Shown: positions 38,056-48,193 of the stretch, one piece after another | How the letters are laid out: the number at the start of each line of letters is the position of its first letter | Position numbering within the stretch: the stretch's first letter is position 1 | DNA from: Minisyncoccia bacterium | Lineage (GTDB): Bacteria > Patescibacteriota > Minisyncoccia > Moranbacterales > GCA-2747515 | DNA: 64,000 nt | Direction: 5' to 3' | Assembly (NCBI GenBank): GCA_041738235.1 | Contig: JBGSQF010000013.1 | Coordinates: forward strand, 193,899 to 257,898 | Position numbers and translations under genes: made by a program | Notes under the pieces: generated by a model | Seen by the model: the letters and a program-made list of their open reading frames with translations, nothing else | The model's database searches: none | What the model was told of the DNA's origin: nothing

Positions 38056-38664
38056 ATGTTGCGAAAAACCCTAGTATTTTTACCGATAGTAGTCAGCATC
38101 TTTTTAGCAATCGCCTACTTTCGTTATTTTAATCGAGGAATTGATTTTTGGGATAGTATAATTGGAATATTTTTATCATTGGTCTCCGGTATACCGTTTG
38201 CACTCTGGATTGATGGCCTAATCAAAACTAAAGAAGAAAATGAAAGGATGAGGATGGATCGACTGAGGGAGAAAGATATACTCATGTTCATAAAACAAGA
38301 AATAGATTTTAATTCGAGGTTAATTTTAGATCTTCAAAATAGAGATATTAAAAATGCGAGTTTCCATCCTTTGCAAATAGAGATGTGGGAGGTTTTAAAG
38401 AGTTCAGGTGATTTAAAATTGATTTTAGATACCGAATTACTTAATAGAGTTACCTCTGCATATGATATCATTTCTAAAGTAAAGCACTTTGAAGAAAAAG
38501 CACTGGATAACTGGAATGTCAATAATAACTCGGATAACATAGGGTCAACTTGGCAAGTACAACTAAACCGAGCAAAAAATTTTTACGGTTTATTGGATAA
38601 ATCTATGGGTGAAGCAACTGGATCAATTTCAACAAGAATAAGCGAAATCGATAAAAAATTTTAA
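38056..38664 (+). CDS. Hypothetical protein with two N-terminal TMs (AT-rich)
   Basis: 202-aa ORF starting 2 nt after the previous stop. Confidence 0.8.
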   Translation: MLRKTLVFLPIVVSIFLAIAYFRYFNRGIDFWDSIIGIFLSLVSGIPFALWIDGLIKTKEENERMRMDRLREKDILMFIKQEIDFNSRLILDLQNRDIKNASFHPLQIEMWEVLKSSGDLKLILDTELLNRVTSAYDIISKVKHFEEKALDNWNVNNNSDNIGSTWQVQLNRAKNFYGLLDKSMGEATGSISTRISEIDKKF

Positions 38665-38857
38665 ACCCCTAACGAGTTTAAATAGGTTCCAACTTTATCC
38701 CACAATCGCAGCACTTTATCAACGGCCACCATCGGCCGTTTTATATTTCCATCATCCTAACACCCCCCTACTTGAGAAATAATTTTCGCACCTTTTAGTA
38801 ATATTTAATGAATATCGACATTTTTTTATACCAACATTCAGAGAATACCCTATCTCA

Positions 38858-39985
38858 ATGTATATGGAAAATGACAAAGACCAAATCATTGCCGAGGAGC
38901 TTCTAAGAACAGCCGACATTCGGATCAATGGCGATCGTCCATGGGATATTCGAGTACATGACAAACGTCTCTATGGTCGAGCAATAAGCCAAGGTTCCCT
39001 GGCGTTTGGAGAAGCCTATATGGATGGGTGGTGGGACGTCCCGAAACTCGATGAGTTCTTCGACCGGTTGTTCCGAGCCAAGATCGAAGAAAAGATACCC
39101 GAGAGTTGGCAGACTCTTCTCTGGATCGCCGAACAAAATATATTCAATCCTCAAAGAAGATCCAAAGCCTTTGAGATAGGCAAACACCACTACGATATCG
39201 GAAACGATCTCTACAGTGCGATGCTCGATGCTCGCAAGGTCTACACGTGCGGATATTGGAAAAATGCCTCCACACTTGATGAAGCACAGGAAGCCAAGCT
39301 CGATCTGGTGTGTAAAAAAGTACGACTAGAGCCGGGTCAAAAGATCCTGGATATCGGTTGCGGCTGGGGAAGTTTTGCTAAGTTTGCGGCAGAAAAGTAT
39401 GGCGTACATGTGGTGGGTATCACCGTCTCACAAGAACAGATTAAACTCGGCAAAGAGCTCTGCAGGGGTCTTCCGGTAGAACTCTACTACCAAGACTATC
39501 GAGACATTGAGGGTGAGTTCGATCACATCGTTTCACTGGGAATGTTCGAACACGTGGGACACAAGAACTACCGAACGTATATGCAGGTGGTCCGAAAACA
39601 CCTCAAAGACGACGGTCTTTTTCTTTTGCACACTATCGGGCAAGACTACTCAACGACATCGGGCGACCCGTGGATAGAAAAATACATCTTCCCCAATTCT
39701 ATGCTCCCCTCAGTAAACCAGATCGCTGAAAACATAGAGGGGTCATTTGTTCTCGAAGATTGGCATAACTTTGGTGCGGATTACGACAAGACCCTGATGA
39801 GTTGGTTTGATAACTTCAACACACATTGGAACAAACTCAAAAACGCCTACGACGATCGCTTCTATCGTATGTGGAAATATTTTCTTCTGGTATCTGCAGG
39901 AACATTTCGATCCCGCAGGCAAAGTCTCTGGCAGATCGTTCTCTCCAAAGAAGGTGTGCCCGGGGGATATGTATCGATCCGATAG
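38858..39985 (+). CDS. cfa: Cyclopropane-fatty-acyl-phospholipid synthase
   Basis: GEAYMDGWWD, HYDIGNDLY, YTCGYW, LDIGCGWG, GMFEHVG, WIEKYIFP. Confidence 0.95.
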   Translation: MYMENDKDQIIAEELLRTADIRINGDRPWDIRVHDKRLYGRAISQGSLAFGEAYMDGWWDVPKLDEFFDRLFRAKIEEKIPESWQTLLWIAEQNIFNPQRRSKAFEIGKHHYDIGNDLYSAMLDARKVYTCGYWKNASTLDEAQEAKLDLVCKKVRLEPGQKILDIGCGWGSFAKFAAEKYGVHVVGITVSQEQIKLGKELCRGLPVELYYQDYRDIEGEFDHIVSLGMFEHVGHKNYRTYMQVVRKHLKDDGLFLLHTIGQDYSTTSGDPWIEKYIFPNSMLPSVNQIAENIEGSFVLEDWHNFGADYDKTLMSWFDNFNTHWNKLKNAYDDRFYRMWKYFLLVSAGTFRSRRQSLWQIVLSKEGVPGGYVSIR

Positions 39986-39993
39986 ACACGCCC

Positions 39994-40188
39994 TTAGCTC
40001 GTTCTCGTCGAGTGACTGGACCGTGGCGGCAATTGACTCACCTGCCCCACCGCATGATTTCCAGAAGAAGCAGTCTGTGCGGATGCGGCCACTGCTCCAG
40101 CATCCACCCCCTTCTTACCCCAAACCAGAAAATATATGCCGAAAGAAAAAACGGCTATACCCGCGATGATAAACAAAAATTTTTTCAT
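39994..40188 (-). CDS. Small membrane-anchored/secreted protein
   Basis: MKK + hydrophobic helix, low-complexity tail ending STRTS. Confidence 0.65.
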   Translation of the reverse strand: MKKFLFIIAGIAVFSFGIYFLVWGKKGVDAGAVAASAQTASSGNHAVGQVSQLPPRSSHSTRTS

Positions 40189-40317
40189 ACGATATTCTAA
40201 ATTATATATCTGATCAACTTCCTACATATACGCGGAAAAAATAATTCTCTTTCAAAGTTTTGCAATATACAAAAAGGACCCCTTGACGGCGGTCCTTTTT
40301 GTTTTTGCCTATATACC

Positions 40318-41394
40318 TTACTGACAAGATGCGGCTGAGGCTACGCTCCCTGAAGCCGCCTCTGTTCCATCTCCAAATCCTGGGCTTGGAACTGCCGATG
40401 ACAACGTTGCTGAACACTCTTTTGGAGGATTCGTAAATCCAGAACAAACGGTCTTTAAGATACTTGCGCTATCACGTCCCGATTCAACCAGTTGTCCGTT
40501 AATGACCAAGCTTGGTGAACCCTGTACACCATACTTCTCGTTCAGATCTTTCTGGATATTGAAAGGTGGGTATGACCCATCCTGCGCCTTCGCATTAAAG
40601 GCTTCGGTAAGACCAAATTGCTTATCAGTAGCAGAGATACATGCTGCAATTTTAGCAGTGTTTATCTTACTACTTGCGGCACATTTTACAGAATCGCTCT
40701 CTTTGTCAAAACATGCCAAATATCCAAGATATTTTGTTGGCTCCTCTTTTTGGATACAATACTGATTCATATTCTCCTTGAATTCATTCTCTCCATGCAT
40801 CACGTATGAAACGAATTTGATGTCAAACTTGATCTTTGACCCGAGGGCTTGTACAACAGGGATCATCCCCTTCTCCATCTGCGTACCGTATGGACAGTAA
40901 CTCATCACGAAGAGTTCCACCACAGGAACATCCGTCTTCTGGGTGACCTCTGTGACCGGTGCTGGACCAGTCGGTGCTTGAGCAGCGGCGTCATCCCGCT
41001 TTACCAGGTCGATCGCCTGTGGAAAGAGCTTTTTTCCATCCTTGGTCACGTAAGCGTCCACCTTTTGTTGTGCCACTGAAATGCTCATTTTGTATATACC
41101 ATCCTCTTCCGTAAAGCTATCTATCTTAAAATCAGTGCCTGGAGCTACCAAATTCTCTTTGATGAATTGTTCTGTGCTGGCCTTTACCGCCTCAGCATTC
41201 TTTTGATCTGTATTTTTTTGGTAAAAGTAAGCACCGACTCCAACAACCGCAGCCAAGAGGACTATCGCTATTCCAACAATGATACCCTCTTTATGTTTCT
41301 TCATAAACGCTTTGCATGTTGCCATTTTCTTCTTCTGGGAAACTTCTTGTGTTGAAACCCCCTCCTTTGGACTCTCTGCTTTTTGTTCCTCCAT
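40318..41394 (-). CDS. Membrane-anchored thioredoxin-fold (DsbA-like) protein
   Basis: TM helix; FVMSYCPYG and GVQGSPSLVING. Confidence 0.85.
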   Translation of the reverse strand: MEEQKAESPKEGVSTQEVSQKKKMATCKAFMKKHKEGIIVGIAIVLLAAVVGVGAYFYQKNTDQKNAEAVKASTEQFIKENLVAPGTDFKIDSFTEEDGIYKMSISVAQQKVDAYVTKDGKKLFPQAIDLVKRDDAAAQAPTGPAPVTEVTQKTDVPVVELFVMSYCPYGTQMEKGMIPVVQALGSKIKFDIKFVSYVMHGENEFKENMNQYCIQKEEPTKYLGYLACFDKESDSVKCAASSKINTAKIAACISATDKQFGLTEAFNAKAQDGSYPPFNIQKDLNEKYGVQGSPSLVINGQLVESGRDSASILKTVCSGFTNPPKECSATLSSAVPSPGFGDGTEAASGSVASAASCQ

Positions 41395-41477
41395 ACTTTT
41401 TTATAACTTGTTATTTATGAACCGCGTTCGTACAGCATATCATATTTAGAAAAAAGAACAATCTCCAGCTCAACGAT

Positions 41478-42749
41478 CTAAGGCCCATGAGATATGGCCG
41501 TTCCAGCCACAAATCCCGTTGTCCAACAAAGTTGTAAGCTATATCCACCCGATGGCCGATCAATATCCAAAACATCTCCCACTATATAAAGATTGGGATA
41601 AAGACGTGACCGCATATATTTGAAGTCCACTTCTTTGAGATCAACACCTCCACTCGTTACGATCGCTCTTTCTTCACCCAAGAGATCAATTATGCTCACG
41701 CGAAGGTCTTTACATATCCGAACAAGTTCCGCACGTTCCTTTCGAGTGACCGTAGATGAAACCTTATCAGGATGAATACCTGCAAGCTCCAAAAAGGTAG
41801 AAGCGCAAATGGGTGGAACAAATCCACTCAGTGCATTTTTCATCTGCTTGTTCTTTTGTTCATTCAGATGTGCCAGAAACTCCCTATCCAACTCCTCATA
41901 ATTCAAATGAGGAAATAGATCGATGGAAAGAGGTACTTCTCCTTCGTGGAGAAGTTCTCCGATACGTCGGCTTCTATTAAGTGCTAGCGGACCACTGAGC
42001 CCAAAATGCGTAAACAAAAGTTTTCCCTTTTTAGGCTCCTTCTTCTTGCCTTCCCGAATGACCGACAGCGTTGCCTCCGAAAAACTCGCCCCGGACATTC
42101 GGCCTATCCACTTTTCTTTGACACGTAGTGGCACCAAAGCCGGGCGTGCCATCTCTACCAAGTGTCCAATGCTCCTCAGCCACTTAAATCCATCTCCCGT
42201 CGACCCCGTTTCTGGATGAGACTTCCCGCCCGTTGCCAGAATGTAAGCATCTGCCGAGATCACTTCTCCATTTTTCCGACGAACACCTGTAATAACGCCA
42301 TTCTTTGCTTCCAATCCCATAACCTCTGCGTGAAATACTATATCCACTCTGCCCTTCTCCATATACCGTCCAAGAGCATCCCAAATAGATTGCGCATTAT
42401 CACTTGCAGGGAACACCCTCTTTTCCGCCTCCACCTTTATCGGAACATTCCATTTCTCAAAAAAGTCCAGTGTATCCTGAACACCAAATTGTGCCATTGG
42501 AGAAAAAAGGAACTTTTTAGCATCACCAAATTTGCCCAAGAATATATCCACATCAAACTCAGCATTGGTCACATTGCATCGCCCTCCTCCCGTCAAGAGA
42601 AGCTTCTTGCCTAAGGACTCATTTTTCTCCAACAGCAAAACACGTGCACCCAGTTCAGCTGCCCGCCCTGCCGACATCATTCCTGCCGGCCCACCCCCTA
42701 TAACCACAACATCGTATTTGGTCATTTGAATAAACTCATCACGTATCAA
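41478..42749 (-). CDS. HI0933/YhiN-family flavoprotein
   Basis: GGGPAGM, KLLLTGGGRCNVTN, LATGG, LFTHFGLSGP, GGYSLQ. Confidence 0.93.
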   Translation of the reverse strand: MIRDEFIQMTKYDVVVIGGGPAGMMSAGRAAELGARVLLLEKNESLGKKLLLTGGGRCNVTNAEFDVDIFLGKFGDAKKFLFSPMAQFGVQDTLDFFEKWNVPIKVEAEKRVFPASDNAQSIWDALGRYMEKGRVDIVFHAEVMGLEAKNGVITGVRRKNGEVISADAYILATGGKSHPETGSTGDGFKWLRSIGHLVEMARPALVPLRVKEKWIGRMSGASFSEATLSVIREGKKKEPKKGKLLFTHFGLSGPLALNRSRRIGELLHEGEVPLSIDLFPHLNYEELDREFLAHLNEQKNKQMKNALSGFVPPICASTFLELAGIHPDKVSSTVTRKERAELVRICKDLRVSIIDLLGEERAIVTSGGVDLKEVDFKYMRSRLYPNLYIVGDVLDIDRPSGGYSLQLCWTTGFVAGTAISHGP

Positions 42750-42840
42750 TACTTGTTATCATAAGTGCCTATAGATAAAATTGCAAACCAAGAACATTTC
42801 CAGTACCATGGAGCTATGTTCTCTTACTACAACACTCGTT

Positions 42841-43356
42841 ATGGCCACATATTCGCCAACCACAAAAGATGACCAATGCGTTTTTTGCAAGATCGTTTCC
42901 GGAGAATTTCAAACACCGGGGATATTCTGGAAAGATGACGCCTTTATGGCATTTCTCTCCATAGATCCGAATACTGAAGGATTTTCCGTCGTTGTCCCTA
43001 AAGATCACTACGGCTCCGATGTGCTCAAAATGCCTGATGATGCACTCCAAAAGTTTGTCCTTGCTGCAAAAAAGGTGGCCGAGATCCTTGAAAAACATTT
43101 TTCTAACGTAGGACGCGTAGGTCTTATTATGGAGGGAACCGGGATCGATCATGCCCACATCAAGCTCGCTCCAATGCACAAAACAGAACACCTCAAAGGT
43201 GGAAAGTGGAAACAAGCCATGAGCACGAAAGAGCTCTGGTTTGATCATTATGAAGGATGGATCGCTTCCGCCGGAGGCCCCATGGCCGATCCAGAAGAAC
43301 TGAAGCAACTCGCACAAAAGTTAAAAAAACAAAACACACAAATGCAAACACCATGA
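42841..43356 (+). CDS. HIT family protein
   Basis: CVFCKI, AFLSIDP..G..VVVPKDH, HAHIKL. Confidence 0.9.
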   Translation: MATYSPTTKDDQCVFCKIVSGEFQTPGIFWKDDAFMAFLSIDPNTEGFSVVVPKDHYGSDVLKMPDDALQKFVLAAKKVAEILEKHFSNVGRVGLIMEGTGIDHAHIKLAPMHKTEHLKGGKWKQAMSTKELWFDHYEGWIASAGGPMADPEELKQLAQKLKKQNTQMQTP

Positions 43357-44231
43357 AAAAAGATGCTCGTTTCTATATGAATGCCGTCCGGTCGATCGCT
43401 ACAGAAACACTCTCGGACAAAAACTATACCAAGAAAGACATCGGTGGTCATATCAAAGACCTGGTAAGTCTCGACCAGAATCCGCAAAGAAAAGCCATTG
43501 CCTTCTTTTCTGTTCTCAGACATTTTATTCCTGATGAGCTTTTCCATAGGATCACAAATGGTCATTTTCAACACCAAGGAGATACCCAACTTTCTATCGA
43601 TCCAGACCTCTACTCTCTCCAAGAAGAAAGAGTTGGGGAGGGAGAACAGTGCCATGTATACAAACTCCTTTCACAAGATCCTGAAAGACCCTCACTCGTA
43701 GCAAAGTTTGAAAAAAAATGGGGAAACCTTCAATTCCTCCTTGATCGTGCAAAGAAGGTAAGATCAGAGTATGAAGAGATACGGTCTTGGTTTGAGGACA
43801 TTCCAGACTTTATCCCAGAAGAGTTCCGTTTTATTGGCAAAACTCCTTTTGGAGGAAGAAAGGGCGTGATCGTCATCCAAAAATTCTTCGGAGACTCTAC
43901 AAAAATAAAAGATCTTTTCCGTAGCGTGGATAAAGGATCATTGTTACAAACACTTCAAAACAATCCCTCTTTAGAAAAGACTTTTCGTGCGTTTGTTCAA
44001 GATACCCTCTCTCAATTAGACAAGGACGGGAGAATGATCGATATCCTTGGAAAAGATAACGTTGCCCTCATAGAAGACACTGACGGGCCACACCTCATTC
44101 TTCTCGACCCCCATGTCATTCACAACATAAACAAAGTTCCCAAGGAAATTCAAAAAGAGTTATTGGGCCATATTACCTATCTTCAAGAAATAGTAGAAGC
44201 TCTAGACACCAATAAAGACACGCGCCTATAA
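43353..44231 (+). CDS. Hypothetical protein, possible protein-kinase-like fold
   Basis: ATGA overlap with the HIT gene; VGEGEQCHVY, VAKF, DILGKDNV, LLDP. Confidence 0.7.
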   Translation: MKKDARFYMNAVRSIATETLSDKNYTKKDIGGHIKDLVSLDQNPQRKAIAFFSVLRHFIPDELFHRITNGHFQHQGDTQLSIDPDLYSLQEERVGEGEQCHVYKLLSQDPERPSLVAKFEKKWGNLQFLLDRAKKVRSEYEEIRSWFEDIPDFIPEEFRFIGKTPFGGRKGVIVIQKFFGDSTKIKDLFRSVDKGSLLQTLQNNPSLEKTFRAFVQDTLSQLDKDGRMIDILGKDNVALIEDTDGPHLILLDPHVIHNINKVPKEIQKELLGHITYLQEIVEALDTNKDTRL

Positions 44232-44234
44232 AAA

Positions 44235-45113
44235 CTACTCAGAAAGAGGTCTGATCTGAGACAAGAGGAATGTATACGCTCCATCGATCTCCATTGACTT
44301 TGAGGTAAGCCCAGGCAAGCGATTGACCTCCATGAGATACGGAATGTTGGTGTCTTTATCCACAATAACATCTGACCGTGACCAAGAAAGTTTCAATGCC
44401 CTACTGCTCCGCACGGCCATTTCTCTTATCTGCGTTGGTATATCGTCAGGAGAATCGACAAATACCTCTTGAGCGCCATTACAGGTATTATTTCTGAACT
44501 CTCCCATCTGAGGATAACTCTTCTCTCCAGAAACCACCTTATCGTTGACGACCATCACTCCCCAATCATACTCATTGGGGATATACCTCTGAAAAAGATA
44601 CTTTTTATGCTTGGGAAGACTTGCTAACGCTTCAACCAAGTCCTCTTCTGTGTCCACCAATACAGATCGTGCCCCCTTTGAGCCCTTGGTATCTTTGACG
44701 ATCAGAGGATACCCACAAACTTCTCTGATCTGTTCAAGGTGTTTTTCTACTTGTTTGTAGTCGATAAAAAGTGTATCCGGGGTTCGAACACCCTGAAGCG
44801 CGAACAATAAATGATCTGTTATCTTTGAAGTGCCCTTTTCTACATAGGTACAATGGACATTATTCCATTCCAAATAGAGTTTTACGGCATATGCCAAGTC
44901 CCGAGACGTCCACGATGAAGAAAGCCACACAAAAGAAAAGTCCCTAAGGTCAACACCCCTGTGGGTGATATGAACACCCTCCTCTCGAAATTCAAATACT
45001 AGATCGGTATACTTCCCCTTCGTTAACTGAACGGGAAATGGTAATTTACTCGTTACCTGCTCTATGTTCTTTACCGCAGGTAGCACTAAAATGCGAAATT
45101 CTTTTTTATTCAT
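44235..45113 (-). CDS. RimK-like ATP-grasp ligase
   Basis: GYPLIVK..GSKG, QRYI, FRNN, SDVI, EVNRLPG. Confidence 0.9.
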   Translation of the reverse strand: MNKKEFRILVLPAVKNIEQVTSKLPFPVQLTKGKYTDLVFEFREEGVHITHRGVDLRDFSFVWLSSSWTSRDLAYAVKLYLEWNNVHCTYVEKGTSKITDHLLFALQGVRTPDTLFIDYKQVEKHLEQIREVCGYPLIVKDTKGSKGARSVLVDTEEDLVEALASLPKHKKYLFQRYIPNEYDWGVMVVNDKVVSGEKSYPQMGEFRNNTCNGAQEVFVDSPDDIPTQIREMAVRSSRALKLSWSRSDVIVDKDTNIPYLMEVNRLPGLTSKSMEIDGAYTFLLSQIRPLSE

Positions 45114-45301
45114 AAGAGGTCCTTTTAAAAATAAAAACGGCCTTCAGAGGGCCCTTCATTGCCTATAACATCCGTGACACTCTCGCAACCCGAATACCGA
45201 CACGAACCCTCTACAACAAAAGACTACTCTTCTAATATACAACAAATTTGATACTTTGTAAAGCCCTTATATCATTCTTTATTCGTTCCGCCGTAGTTCC
45301 G

Positions 45302-46243
45302 TCACTTCTTAAGATACTCCTGCACTGCCTCCTCCCAAGATCTGAGAGGTTCTGTTCGGGTAGAAATAAGTACGGACTGAGACGGACGTTTGGCGGGTCG
45401 GGGAAATATCTCAGGGGAAACCGGCTCCACCGTCGCTTCGATCCCCGCGATCTCAAAAAGTTTTTTGGTCGCTTCGTACCAGGTAACAGCACCGGTGTTC
45501 ACCACGTGGTAAATACCAAAAGGAGCTGTTTCTACCAGTTCTCTGGTTTTCTTGGCCAGGTCTGGTGCATACGTAAAACAACTCTTTTCACCGTCTACAA
45601 CTTTTACCACACCCTCTGTACGAGCTTTTTCTGCGATCACATCAAAAAAACTCCGCTTTGCTCCCTCCGCTAGAGCTGGTTTCCCAAACAACTTGGAAAG
45701 TCGGATGATGTAGTGGCTTTGACACTGCTTTTCTACTTCTTGTTCACCACACAACTTTGTCTTCCCATACACCGAAAGCGGTTTGGGCATATCATATTCA
45801 CGATATCCATCAAACTCCCCACTCGGATCAAGATACGAGCATCCGGAGCAACTTGATCCACAGCATCCGGGAGCGCGACGTCCCTGTTCTCGATACTTCG
45901 GCTGCTCCCCATCAAACACGTAATCGGTCGAATAATGTACGATAGTTGATTGTAGATCATTAGCAATATCGGCAAGAAGTCCCGGAGCCACCCCATTCAG
46001 CGCCTCAGCTTTTTTCTTCTCCATTTCATCTGTTTCACAAAGGTCAACTGCATTGTAAGCGGCAGCGTTAATGATTACATCAGGCCAAAGGTCCATGACC
46101 TTCTCACGGGTCTCCTTCGCATTCGTCACATCGATATCCTCTCGATCCCATGCGGTTACAGAATACTCCCCACCCTCAGAAAAGACTCTTACCAACTCTT
46201 GCCCCAACATTCCTTTAGCACCAATGATCAGTACTGATTTCAT
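45302..46243 (-). CDS. rmlD: dTDP-4-dehydrorhamnose reductase family with Cys-rich insertion
   Basis: GAKGMLG, NAAAYNAVD, STDYVFDG, YGKTK, PAKRP. Confidence 0.9.
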   Translation of the reverse strand: MKSVLIIGAKGMLGQELVRVFSEGGEYSVTAWDREDIDVTNAKETREKVMDLWPDVIINAAAYNAVDLCETDEMEKKKAEALNGVAPGLLADIANDLQSTIVHYSTDYVFDGEQPKYREQGRRAPGCCGSSCSGCSYLDPSGEFDGYREYDMPKPLSVYGKTKLCGEQEVEKQCQSHYIIRLSKLFGKPALAEGAKRSFFDVIAEKARTEGVVKVVDGEKSCFTYAPDLAKKTRELVETAPFGIYHVVNTGAVTWYEATKKLFEIAGIEATVEPVSPEIFPRPAKRPSQSVLISTRTEPLRSWEEAVQEYLKK

Positions 46244-46716
46244 ATCACCATTGCTTTACGAATTATAGCCACGCTATCCACAGAATTATGAAATTTTATT
46301 TTCTCTATCCGATCGATCGAAACCCATTCTGCCTTCCTCGCATACCCTTTCTCGTACTCATCAAAACCATCCGTAGAGAGGTCTCCACTTTTATAAGAAC
46401 AAGTATAATACAAGAGAATGGTATTAAACGCTTTTTCGTGAGGAATTGCATAGTAAAAATCTTGACCACAATATACCAGATCTTTCATTAAAACATGAAA
46501 TCCTGTTTCTTCATGAAATTCCCGAATAAGCGTCTGCTCAATCGTTTCCCCTATCTCCATCCCACCCCCGGGAAAGTCATAGCCATCCCGTTGTGGAGAA
46601 AGGAGAATTTCACCATCACGAAAAAGTAACCCATACACAGAAGGTCGGAAGGTTATCTCATTTTCTGAAACTTCATGCATTTCTTCATTCCAATCCCGAC
46701 AAGAGATCATATTCAT
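46240..46716 (-). CDS. NUDIX hydrolase
   Basis: PGGGMEIGETIEQTLIREFHEETG. Confidence 0.93.
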   Translation of the reverse strand: MNMISCRDWNEEMHEVSENEITFRPSVYGLLFRDGEILLSPQRDGYDFPGGGMEIGETIEQTLIREFHEETGFHVLMKDLVYCGQDFYYAIPHEKAFNTILLYYTCSYKSGDLSTDGFDEYEKGYARKAEWVSIDRIEKIKFHNSVDSVAIIRKAMVI

Positions 46717-46733
46717 ACATAACCAAAAATCAT

Positions 46734-47417
46734 TTATCCAAATGTTCCTACGCGTATATCAGGGAATCCACCCCTACTTATATAATGCACCGTAAGATCA
46801 GGATCACCAACAAAGAAATCCGACTTATAGATCAACACGCCACCACGGGGCGAGATCACTCTCTTGATCTCTCGAGATATCTCCTCACGCATGGATACAC
46901 TCGGAAGAACCGAGACATTCATATTGGATAGAAGCACCGACACATCACTCTTATCGGGAATCCTCCTGAGAAAGGTCAGGGCATCCTCAGCAACCAAAGC
47001 TATAGGAATATTCCTATTGTGAGTACCTGCTGACTGTCTTGCCCGAAGAAAGTCGTATAACTCAACACCAACATATCCTTTAGCGTGGAACATCTCCGCA
47101 ATATCAGCCCCATAAAAATTTCCACCACTTCCAATATCTACGAGTACCTGCCCACGGAATATCTCTTTCAATTCAGCAATACCGTCCTTATCAATAGCTC
47201 CCAGATCACGTTTAAAAGTATCGTTCTTGCAGTAAAGCGGTGTCCCAATATTCTTGTTTACCTTTGGAGGATCAGTTAGTAATTCCTTGTCGGAAAGATA
47301 AGAGAGATCTCGAATTCTCGATCGGTCCATTTCTTCATCAAGTCCCGGTATACACCGTTCTGCAGGGACAAGTTTAAAACTTTCTTTCCTTTCCACCCCA
47401 GGAAATTCTATATTCAT
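46734..47417 (-). CDS. Class I SAM-methyltransferase-like protein
   Basis: LVDIGSG, YVGVE, EDALTFL, RVISPRGG. Confidence 0.75.
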   Translation of the reverse strand: MNIEFPGVERKESFKLVPAERCIPGLDEEMDRSRIRDLSYLSDKELLTDPPKVNKNIGTPLYCKNDTFKRDLGAIDKDGIAELKEIFRGQVLVDIGSGGNFYGADIAEMFHAKGYVGVELYDFLRARQSAGTHNRNIPIALVAEDALTFLRRIPDKSDVSVLLSNMNVSVLPSVSMREEISREIKRVISPRGGVLIYKSDFFVGDPDLTVHYISRGGFPDIRVGTFG

Positions 47418-47461
47418 ATATGTTCTTCATCATGTCTCTACGGGCCAACGAACTCTTTTTG

Positions 47462-48172
47462 TCACATCCGTACGTACTTCTCCCACTTCGTATAAAGATC
47501 TCTTGTCGCCACGATATCCCGAACGTTGTATCTTGCGATATCCTTATACCGCTTGGACTCAAAAAGCTCCTTCACATCATCACCTGTAACACCTGCCACT
47601 TTAGGACTTTTGATGCCAAATGCTCGACACCATAAATGCAAGCTTCCCTTACGCATTACCGCCCCATAGAATGTCAATTGATCTTGAAGATCAATATGTT
47701 TTGCATCGAAGCGCTGACTTCCGAGATAACGATTGGAAAGGAAATCCTTACTAGGTCGAATACCATTGACCGCACTTCTCACTATCAAAAAAGGAAGGTC
47801 GAACCCTCGTCCATTAAATGTAACAAGCTCTGTGTACTTCGTAGCTCCATTCCAAAACCGCTGCAACATCTGTGCTTCCGTCATTTGTTCATACGTCACT
47901 CCGTCCTCTTCAAATCGTCCGTACTCTTCGCCGGGCGCTTGGAAATAGACCACCTTGGCATCTTGTTCCACGTCCAACATCCCAATGGCCACAACCTGTC
48001 CCGTCAGCGGAGAAAAACCCAATCCCTCCTTGACATCTTTGAGTTTTGCTTCATATTCTTCATCATTTCTCGATTCTCGTTCGATCCACCGGGTCAAAGA
48101 ATGCCGAGACATTTCATCAAGGTCATCAAACTTTTCTCCCACTGTTTCAATATCTAGTATAAGTGTAGACAT
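47462..48172 (-). CDS. DnaQ/PolB-like 3'-5' exonuclease
   Basis: LDIET, TFNGRGFDLP, HIDL, YNVRD. Confidence 0.92.
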   Translation of the reverse strand: MSTLILDIETVGEKFDDLDEMSRHSLTRWIERESRNDEEYEAKLKDVKEGLGFSPLTGQVVAIGMLDVEQDAKVVYFQAPGEEYGRFEEDGVTYEQMTEAQMLQRFWNGATKYTELVTFNGRGFDLPFLIVRSAVNGIRPSKDFLSNRYLGSQRFDAKHIDLQDQLTFYGAVMRKGSLHLWCRAFGIKSPKVAGVTGDDVKELFESKRYKDIARYNVRDIVATRDLYTKWEKYVRM

Positions 48173-48193
48173 TATTTCATGCTCTAAAAAAAG

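Noticed and set aside
37420-38680. Integron cassette boundaries around the AT-rich genes
   Set aside because: Only loose GTT/AAC matches and no paired attC structure.
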